From IMG/VR virus record IMGVR_UViG_2671180986_000011: a stretch of 4,508 bases of DNA, one strand, 5' to 3'. Position numbers and translations under genes: made by a program. The notes under the pieces were generated by a model. The model saw nothing but the letters and a program-made list of their open reading frames with translations, searched no databases and had not been told where the DNA came from. Positions 1 to 4,508 of the stretch are shown in pieces. Each line of letters begins with the position of its first letter. The first letter of the stretch is position 1. Source of the DNA: a virus (taxonomy: Duplodnaviria > Heunggongvirae > Uroviricota > Caudoviricetes).

Positions 1-248
1 AGCCTTACATCATCTGCCAGTCTGGTTTCTCTTTTCGCCACAGAGAGCATCCAGTCAAACGGCTCCACAACCGCACCGCAGATTTTACAGCGGACCTGAC
101 GCTCTTTTTCGTCAACCCGGACAGAAGCGTGATGGCAATATGGTCTTTCCGATGGCTCATAAAGAAAATTAACCTGATTACGAGGGTTATCCTCTTTTAC
201 CGGAAATAAAACGATATTGCTTAACTCATCTTCTGGTTTTATTTCCAT
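1..248 (-). CDS. Hypothetical protein, N-terminal part only (continues past left edge); Cys/His cluster suggests a small zinc-ribbon
   Basis: ATG at 248-246 with a purine-rich SD (minus-strand AAGGAGAGGAGC immediately 5' of ATG). 82 codons open to the window edge by manual translation: MEIKPEDELSNIVLFPVKEDNPRNQVNFLYEPSERPYCHHASVRVDEKERQVRCKICGAVVEPFDWMLSVAKRETRLADDVR. Same strand as, and 57 nt downstream of, the preceding gene. Absent from the ORF track because it has no stop in the window. Confidence 0.5.
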   Translation of the reverse strand, partial: MEIKPEDELSNIVLFPVKEDNPRNQVNFLYEPSERPYCHHASVRVDEKERQVRCKICGAVVEPFDWMLSVAKRETRLADDVR

Positions 249-305
249 GCTCCTCTCCTTTGATGCGAATGCCAGCGGTAATTGAAGCCTGATAGCTAAT
301 TTCAT

Positions 306-728
306 TCACAGTATCGCCTCCTGAAAATTACCCTGATAGAAAGCCAGTACACGCTGCATAGCTTCGCTCTTCCGGCACTCGCGACAGATTATATTCAGGC
401 GCCTGTCGTAGCGGCGTATTTCTCCGTCAGGTAATGACCAGATAAGGTCCGGATCAACAACAACCGGTTTCCTCACCTTTACTCTCGAGAGTTTTTTGCG
501 GGCGCTTTGCCAGTCCTTGCGAGCCTGTTCAGACGGGAATAAGCCGTAGCCAGAATTATATACATCACCACTTGCGACCAGTTCTATGCATAAGCGACCG
601 ACAGACGCACGACTGATACCTGTTTCATCTGACAACTGCCGAATCGTGACCCGACCGTCCTGATGCACGAGTTCCACAATTCGCGTCTTCAGTTCTTCCC
701 GCTGTTCGGGAGTAAAAGGTTTCGCCAT
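306..728 (-). CDS. Hypothetical lambdoid prophage protein, 140 aa, with an N-terminal HTH-like segment; occupies the position of Rac ydaW downstream of the DnaC-like gene
   Basis: Complete ORF in the track. ATG at 728 preceded by AGGAGG (spacer 4). Begins 14 nt after the stop of the upstream DnaC-like gene. Segment RQLSDETGISRASVGRLCIELVASGDV looks like a winged-HTH; a CxxC pair lies near the C-terminus. Confidence 0.7.
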   Translation of the reverse strand: MAKPFTPEQREELKTRIVELVHQDGRVTIRQLSDETGISRASVGRLCIELVASGDVYNSGYGLFPSEQARKDWQSARKKLSRVKVRKPVVVDPDLIWSLPDGEIRRYDRRLNIICRECRKSEAMQRVLAFYQGNFQEAIL

Positions 729-742
729 AAATCCTCCTGAAA

Positions 743-1489
743 CTACTTAACAACCCTCGAATGGCTAACATTCGGACGCCAGCTCTCCCAGTTAAAATTC
801 ACCCAGCGCCCGCCGTTCATGACCATGCGATCCATCACCCGCTCGCCGAGCAATGTTTTCATCACCTCATAGTTCAGGTTTGTCAGCATCCCCACGCTGC
901 GCATCGACGCTGTCCGGCGATCAACAATCTGGTGCAGCACCACCTGCTCGTTTTTCGTCTCGCGCTGAATGCCAATTTCATCAAGAACCAGCAGATCCAC
1001 TTCGCACAGCTCCCGCAAAAATTTTTCGCCTGACTGCCCGTCGTCATAGCTGGCGTGCAGGGCGCTCATAACATCAGCCACGGTAACCACAATCACTGTC
1101 TGACCGTCTTTCAGCAGGCGATTCCCGATAGCTGCCGCTAAGTGATTCTTCCCGGTACCAGGTTTTCCGCTGAACGCAAAATTTGTACACCCGGTCATCA
1201 GTTCATCGGCGATGGATTTCGCCTGGCTTAACGCGTATCGCTGGCCGTCGTTCTGCACCTGGTAATTCGCAAACGAGCATTTACGGTGCAACGGCTGGAT
1301 GCCTGAGCGATTCAGAATTTTTTCCACCCGCAACTGGCGATTCAGGCGGTTGATCTCCTCGCTACGTTTCTGGCCTTCAGCAAGTTGCCACTCGCGCCAC
1401 TCCGCTACCGTTCTGAATGGGGCGGTTACATGTGGCGGGGTCAGTCGGCGGATGCGTTCCAGAACGCCGCCTGTCGCAATATTTTTCAT
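743..1489 (-). CDS. ydaV: DnaC-like replicative helicase loader (AAA+ ATPase), phage P-protein analogue
   Basis: 248-aa ORF. Walker A FSGKPGTGKNHLAAAIG and Walker B DLLVLDEIG are read directly from the translation. The C-terminal half resembles E. coli DnaC and Rac YdaV from memory. ATG at 1489 with a GGGGG SD 7 nt upstream, overlapping the stop of the upstream gene. Confidence 0.9.
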   Translation of the reverse strand: MKNIATGGVLERIRRLTPPHVTAPFRTVAEWREWQLAEGQKRSEEINRLNRQLRVEKILNRSGIQPLHRKCSFANYQVQNDGQRYALSQAKSIADELMTGCTNFAFSGKPGTGKNHLAAAIGNRLLKDGQTVIVVTVADVMSALHASYDDGQSGEKFLRELCEVDLLVLDEIGIQRETKNEQVVLHQIVDRRTASMRSVGMLTNLNYEVMKTLLGERVMDRMVMNGGRWVNFNWESWRPNVSHSRVVK

Positions 1490-1495
1490 GGTCCG

Positions 1496-2346
1496 TTACC
1501 CCCTGAAGCCTGGCGGGATCGCACTGTCCGGCAACGAGACGGTGTTAACCTGTCGGAGCAACGTCTCAGGCCGAACACCTTTCGGCGCGAACAGGCCCTG
1601 GTATTCATTGGCGATGCTGTGTCGAATCACCTGCTCAGGTGTAAAACCCTGCTGACGGAATTTTTCCAGTTCCCGTATCGCCCCGTTAGCGCCCTGCTCC
1701 GTTCGAATCGGTTTTCGCAATGCCTGTCTGAACCGGACCCACTCATGCCAGAGTGTTTCCGGCAACCAATCGGGCAGCTCAATAGCCTCCGGCTCGAATT
1801 TTTTAGACGCTCGTTTTTGGCGAGGGGGAGATCAGTATTTAGATCTTCCTCTTCCTCTTCCTCTTCCTCTTCCTCTTCCTCTTCCTCTTCCTCTTCCTCT
1901 TCCTCTTCCTCTTCCTCTTCCTCTTCCTCTTCCTCTTCCTCTTCCTCTTCCTCTTCCTCTTCCTCTTCCTCTTCCTCTTCCTCTTCCTCTTCCTCTTCCT
2001 CTTCCTCTTCCTCTTCCTCTTCCTCTTCCTCTTCCTCTTCCTCTTCCTCTTCCTCTTCCTCTTCCTCTTCCTCTTCCTNNNNNNNNNNNNNNNNNNNNNN
2101 NNNNNNNNNNNNNNNNNNNNNNNNNNNNNNNNNNNNNNNNNNNNNNNNNNNNNNNNNNNNNNNNNNNNNNNNNNNNNNNNNNNNNNNNNNNNNNNNNNNN
2201 GCCCAGAAGCGAATAACCTTCCCTAATGCGGCATCTGGATCAATATTCAGAATCTCAGNNNNNNNNNNNNNNNNNNNNNNNNNNNNNNNNNATATTTCCG
2301 GCTTATCCGGCGTAATAACCTCGAGCTTTATCCAGTTTGAAGCCAT
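1496..2346 (-). CDS. ydaU: YdaU-like phage replication protein (lambda O position), interrupted: N-terminal and C-terminal parts are in different frames, separated by a hexamer repeat and N runs
   Basis: ATG at 2346 with AAGGTG SD (spacer 7); N-terminus MASNWIKLEVITPDKPEI, then EILNIDPDAALGKVIRFW across a 33-nt N block. The C-terminal part, in another frame, is open from 1831 to the TAA at 1496-1498 (...SPPRQKRASKKFEPEAIELPDWLPETLWHEWVRFRQALRKPIRTEQGANGAIRELEKFRQQGFTPEQVIRHSIANEYQGLF...). The middle is (CTTCCT)n plus Ns. Family assignment is from memory of Rac YdaU. Confidence 0.6.
1845..2078. repeat. Perfect tandem hexanucleotide repeat (CTTCCT)x39, polypyrimidine on + strand, truncated by an N run
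   Basis: 234 nt of uninterrupted CTTCCT units, read directly. AGATCT sits at the left junction (1841-1846). On the minus strand it is (AGGAAG)n, read as poly-Glu in the frame of the YdaU-like N-terminus. Confidence 0.95.
2079..2200. other. Run of 122 N (gap or masked sequence) inside the YdaU-like gene
   Basis: Literal n characters; length is not a multiple of 3. Confidence 0.99.
2259..2291. other. Run of 33 N inside the YdaU-like N-terminal region
   Basis: Literal n characters; the frame is preserved across it (11 codons). Confidence 0.99.
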
Positions 2347-2360
2347 TTGTTTTCACCTTG

Positions 2361-2379
2361 TAACGCTCGCAGCGTTACA
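2361..2379 (-). other. Perfect hairpin/inverted repeat (8-bp stem, 3-nt loop) in the ydaT-ydaU intercistronic region
   Basis: GTAACGCT-CGC-AGCGTTAC. On the minus-strand transcript it ends immediately 5' of the AAGGTG SD of the YdaU-like gene. No U-tract follows on either strand, so it is not a typical intrinsic terminator. Confidence 0.4.
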
Positions 2380-2423
2380 TTTAACTGATACCGAACAAAA
2401 CAATCCGGCACGATTAATTTCAA

Positions 2424-2845
2424 TCAATGCACTACGACAGAATCGCCGGGCGACCCACCACCGCTGAAATGTGCTTTCCGGTAAACGGCCTGGACAGCAT
2501 CATCATGCGCATCAATTGCCGTACTCAACGCTTCCTGCGCCGCCAGTAATGCACGGCGTTCCAGGGTATCGAAGATACAGAGTCGGTGACGCAGCTCACG
2601 CGGAAGAATTGCCAGAACCGCAGGGATCAGTTTCTGAATTTTTTCCCTTTGCGCTTTCGTTTCACCTTTCAACCAACGGTGATAGATATTCTGCTGATTG
2701 TTCCAGTCCTTGCCTGGTACCAGAGACAATTCGCCGCCCCCCTGCCGCAGATATTCTTCAGTAATTGCGTTAGCGACCCACGCCTGCCCTTTTTCGGCTG
2801 CCAGGGCAACAGCACTGATTCGATGTGCTCATGCCTGATTTTCAT
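2424..2845 (-). CDS. ydaT: YdaT-like protein (position of lambda cII, downstream of cro-like gene), apparently disrupted by a 1-nt frameshift near 2807-2812
   Basis: ATG at 2845 with GGAAGGTG SD gives MKIRHEHIESV in one frame, which then degenerates and stops at 2669-2671. The protein-like ORF ending at the TGA at 2424-2426 (...ALAAEKGQAWVANAITEEYLRQGGGELSLVPGKDWNNQQNIYHRWLKGETKAQREKIQKLIPAVLAILPRELRHRLCIFDTLERRALLAAQEALSTAIDAHDDAVQAVYRKAHFSGGGSPGDSVVVH) is in the adjacent frame and has no ATG before the TTG at 2729. Joining the two frames reproduces the YdaT N-terminus I recall. Confidence 0.6.
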
Positions 2846-3056
2846 GAATCACCTTCCAAGGTCGTTTTGCCTTACGATATTCGTCATAAACTTTGGGGTC
2901 GTACTGAAGTTCCCCGCCAGATGCCTCTTGCAGGCGCATCGCGCGACCTTCAGGAACCAGTTCCCCCCATGCAGCAATGCTTGCCAGCCTAACTCCTGCG
3001 GCATTGGCAAGCTTTGTTTTGCTGCCAAAAANNNNNNNNNNNNNNNNNNNNNNNNN
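2829..3056 (-). CDS. dicC: Cro-like DNA-binding regulator, DicC-like; C-terminal 66 aa visible, N-terminus (about 9 aa) hidden in the N run; start coordinate estimated
   Basis: Manual minus-strand translation of 3029..2832: FGSKTKLANAAGVRLASIAAWGELVPEGRAMRLQEASGGELQYDPKVYDEYRKAKRPWKVIHENQA, stop TGA at 2829-2831. It closely matches the E. coli Qin DicC sequence as I recall it. The ORF track lists a different frame (2849..3490), which is spurious here. Confidence 0.75.
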   Translation of the reverse strand, partial: XXXXXXXXXFGSKTKLANAAGVRLASIAAWGELVPEGRAMRLQEASGGELQYDPKVYDEYRKAKRPWKVIHENQA

Positions 3057-3310
3057 NNNNNNNNNNNNNNNNNNNNNNNNNNNNNNNNNNNNNNNNNNNN
3101 NNNNNNNNNNNNNNNNNNNNNNNNNNNNNNNNNNNNNNNNNNNNNNNNNNNNNNNNNNNNNNNNNNNNNNNNNNNNNNNNNNNNNNNNNNNNNNNNNNNN
3201 NNNNNNNNNNNNNNNNNNNNNNNNNNNNNNNNNNNNNNNNNNNNNNNNNNNNNNNNNNNNNNNNNNNNNNNNNNNNNNNNNNNNNNNNNNNNNNNNNNNN
3301 NNNNNNNNNN
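3032..3310. other. Run of 279 N covering the dicC start, the divergent dicC/dicA promoter-operator region and the N-terminal HTH of DicA
   Basis: Literal n characters. Confidence 0.99.
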
Positions 3311-3603
3311 AAAGAGATGAAACACAGCCGGCGGGGAAAAGATTATTCGCACTGAGCCAAGCGCTTCAGTGCTCACCGACTTGGCTTCTTTTTGGGGATG
3401 AAGATAAACAACCAGGCGAACCGATCCCGGATAATCAGCCAGCCATTCTGACAGAAGATCAAAAAGAGTTACTTCAACTGTTCGACGCACTGCCTGAGTC
3501 AGAGCAAAAGGCCCTGTTGTCAGAGATGCGTGCTCGAGTTGAAAATTTCAACAAACTTTTTGAAGAACTACTCAAAGCTCGCAAAAGAAGCGCAAACAAA
3601 TAA
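3190..3603 (+). CDS. dicA: DicA-like XRE/CI-family repressor; C-terminal 96 aa visible from 3313, N-terminal HTH hidden in Ns; start estimated from the 135-aa DicA length
   Basis: Visible translation RDETQPAGKRLFALSQALQCSPTWLLFGDEDKQPGEPIPDNQPAILTEDQKELLQLFDALPESEQKALLSEMRARVENFNKLFEELLKARKRSANK, stop TAA at 3601-3603. Strong resemblance to the DicA C-terminal half as recalled (..GKNLFALSKVLQCSPTWILFGDEDKQP..MRARVKNFNKLFEELLKAR..). Divergent from the dicC-like gene. Confidence 0.85.
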   Translation, partial: XXXXXXXXXXXXXXXXXXXXXXXXXXXXXXXXXXXXXXXXXRDETQPAGKRLFALSQALQCSPTWLLFGDEDKQPGEPIPDNQPAILTEDQKELLQLFDALPESEQKALLSEMRARVENFNKLFEELLKARKRSANK

Positions 3604-3675
3604 TCCCCTTTTTTCTCCACACCCTGTAATAAAAAGCACAAACTTTCAAACAATTGTGTTTTTTACATCAAAAAA

Positions 3676-3728
3676 CTTAGGTTTTTCTACACAAAAATCT
3701 TGACCGCCCACCTTAGGTTATTCTAAAT
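3676..3728 (+). promoter_or_regulatory. Candidate promoter/operator for the ydfA operon: TTGACC -35-like hexamer flanked by two 14-nt direct repeats
   Basis: CTTAGGTTTTTCTA (3676-3689) and CTTAGGTTATTCTA (3712-3725) match at 13/14. TTGACC lies at 3700-3705 with a weak -10 candidate (TCTAAA/CTAAAT) about 17 nt downstream. Located in the 202-nt gap between dicA-like and ydfA-like. Confidence 0.3.
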
Positions 3729-3805
3729 TTCATTCATCAAGACACCGCACGGTGTTCTCAGCAAACAGTTCCGCTACCCCGGCGTTAAGGGGAAATGGGG
3801 TCAAC

Positions 3806-3961
3806 ATGAATACTATCGATCTTGGCAACAACGAATCTCTGGTGTACGGCGTGTTCCCCAACCAGGACGGCACATTCACCGCCATGACGTATACCAAAAG
3901 CAAAACGTTTAAAACCGAAGCTGGCGCACGTCGTTGGTTGGGAAGACATTCAGGTGAGTAA
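3806..3961 (+). CDS. ydfA: Small prophage protein, YdfA-like, 51 aa
   Basis: ATG at 3806 with AAGGGGAAATGGGG SD upstream: MNTIDLGNNESLVYGVFPNQDGTFTAMTYTKSKTFKTEAGARRWLGRHSGE, stop TAA at 3959-3961. The track's longer ORF starts at GTG 3752 with no SD. Position immediately downstream of dicA matches Qin. Confidence 0.7.
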   Translation: MNTIDLGNNESLVYGVFPNQDGTFTAMTYTKSKTFKTEAGARRWLGRHSGE

Positions 3962-3962
3962 A

Positions 3963-4166
3963 ATGAACGAGACAGAATTAAAACACGTTATCGCTCTACT
4001 CCTAGAAGATGCAAAACGCCTCCAGCAACTGGAGCCAAATGCAGGCACTGGGGCACGCATCTGGCTGGCTAAAGAAGCGCTGGAATCTGGCGATTATGAT
4101 AGCGAAGAAGCCTTCTACAAAGCAGAAGGCCGTGCAGGATATTCACCGGGTCTTGGCGGGGTATAA
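3963..4166 (+). CDS. Small prophage protein in the YdfB position, 67 aa, with a Gly-rich C-terminal tail
   Basis: ATG at 3963, one nt after the ydfA-like TAA, with AGGTGA SD: MNETELKHVIALLLEDAKRLQQLEPNAGTGARIWLAKEALESGDYDSEEAFYKAEGRAGYSPGLGGV. The 3' end overlaps the convergent minus-strand gene by 24 nt. Confidence 0.55.
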   Translation: MNETELKHVIALLLEDAKRLQQLEPNAGTGARIWLAKEALESGDYDSEEAFYKAEGRAGYSPGLGGV

Positions 4167-4439
4167 ATACCATGCGCATTGACTGAATTCGCAAACAAAA
4201 ACAGACGCGCGATACCTGGATAGTCGGTCTGCATAGTCAGATATCTGGCTGCGAATTTGATAAATATCACCGCCCTTTTCGGAAACATAAGTTCCGTCCG
4301 GGAGTTGATTATACGAACCATCTCCATGGGGGATCGTTCTCCTGAATCCTAGTGAGAGCATATATTTATGAAGCCCTTCGTAATCCTCTGGCTCAGCATT
4401 ATATAGTTCTACTCTGGCGAGATACGTTGGCATATTCAT
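4143..4439 (-). CDS. Hypothetical protein of unknown function, 96-98 aa, convergent to the dicA operon
   Basis: Complete ORF. Starts ATG-AAT-ATG (4439 or 4433), with AAGGA 1 nt before the first ATG and 7 nt before the second. Translation MNMPTYLARVELYNAEPEDYEGLHKYMLSLGFRRTIPHGDGSYNQLPDGTYVSEKGGDIYQIRSQISDYADRLSRYRASVFVCEFSQCAWYLYPAKTR. No hydrophobic TM segment or signal peptide. I do not recognise the family. Confidence 0.65.
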   Translation of the reverse strand: MNMPTYLARVELYNAEPEDYEGLHKYMLSLGFRRTIPHGDGSYNQLPDGTYVSEKGGDIYQIRSQISDYADRLSRYRASVFVCEFSQCAWYLYPAKTR

Positions 4440-4508
4440 TTCCTTACTGGTTGTGTGAGAACTTCAGTAAAGATACCACTGAGGTAGCCTGAGTTTAACG
4501 GACACTCC
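4436..4508 (-). CDS. Possible 3' end of an upstream minus-strand gene entering from the right edge, overlapping the next gene's start (ATGA)
   Basis: The minus frame is open from the window edge to the TGA at 4438-4436 (..ECPLNSGYLSGIFTEVLTQPVRK*). This TGA overlaps the ATG at 4439-4437 as ATGA, a common coupling arrangement. Only 23 codons are visible, so this is weak on its own. Confidence 0.35.
   Translation of the reverse strand, partial: ECPLNSGYLSGIFTEVLTQPVRK

Noticed and set aside
761-1655. + strand ORFs 761..1033, 853..1071 and 1299..1655
   Set aside because: Shadow ORFs inside the well-supported DnaC-like and YdaU-like genes; no SD and compositionally odd translations.
1845-2078. 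CRISPR array or IS element as the explanation for the repeat
   Set aside because: The units are 6 nt with no spacers, and no transposase or terminal inverted repeats are present. It is a simple-sequence tract.
1385-2467. 360-aa + strand ORF with a long poly-Ser run
   Set aside because: It is antisense to the DnaC-like and YdaU-like genes and exists only because it reads through the CTTCCT repeat and N runs (X residues).
2471-2764. 97-aa + strand ORF
   Set aside because: Antisense to the ydaT-like coding region, with no independent support.
2586-3355. + strand ORFs 2586..3320 and 3014..3355, and the N-terminal part of 2977..3603
   Set aside because: They are kept open only by N-derived X codons and are antisense to ydaT/dicC. 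Only the C-terminal 3313-3603 portion of 2977..3603 is real (DicA-like).
2849-3490. 213-aa minus-strand ORF from the track
   Set aside because: Wrong frame. It spans the 279-nt N run, and the real cro-like gene (DicC-like) is in the adjacent frame ending at 2829.
3590-3620. Possible intrinsic terminator after dicA (T-run at 3608-3613)
   Set aside because: No convincing GC-rich stem precedes the T-run.
3752-3805. GTG start at 3752 extending the ydfA-like ORF to 69 aa
   Set aside because: No SD. The ATG at 3806 has a strong SD and gives the expected 51-aa product.
4115-4327. 70-aa minus-strand ORF
   Set aside because: Alternative frame fully overlapping the better-supported 4143..4439 gene and the ydfB-like 3' end.

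Overview
This window is the immunity and early-replication region of a lambdoid (Rac/Qin-type) enterobacterial prophage, by gene order and protein similarity recalled from memory (no search was run). A minus-strand operon runs right to left: Cro-like DicC regulator, YdaT-like protein (apparently frameshifted), YdaU-like replication protein (interrupted by a perfect hexamer repeat and N runs), DnaC-like helicase loader (YdaV-like), a 140-aa HTH-like protein, and a further gene running off the left edge. Divergent from it on the plus strand is a DicA-like repressor (N-terminus hidden in Ns) followed by ydfA-like and ydfB-like small genes. Where Qin carries dicF/dicB, this locus instead has a convergent minus-strand gene of unknown function that appears translationally coupled to an upstream gene entering from the right edge; this is the best candidate for an undescribed accessory module. 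Three N runs (434 nt in total) hide the dicC/dicA operator region and part of the replication gene, so several calls are partial. No rRNA, tRNA, CRISPR or transposase was seen.
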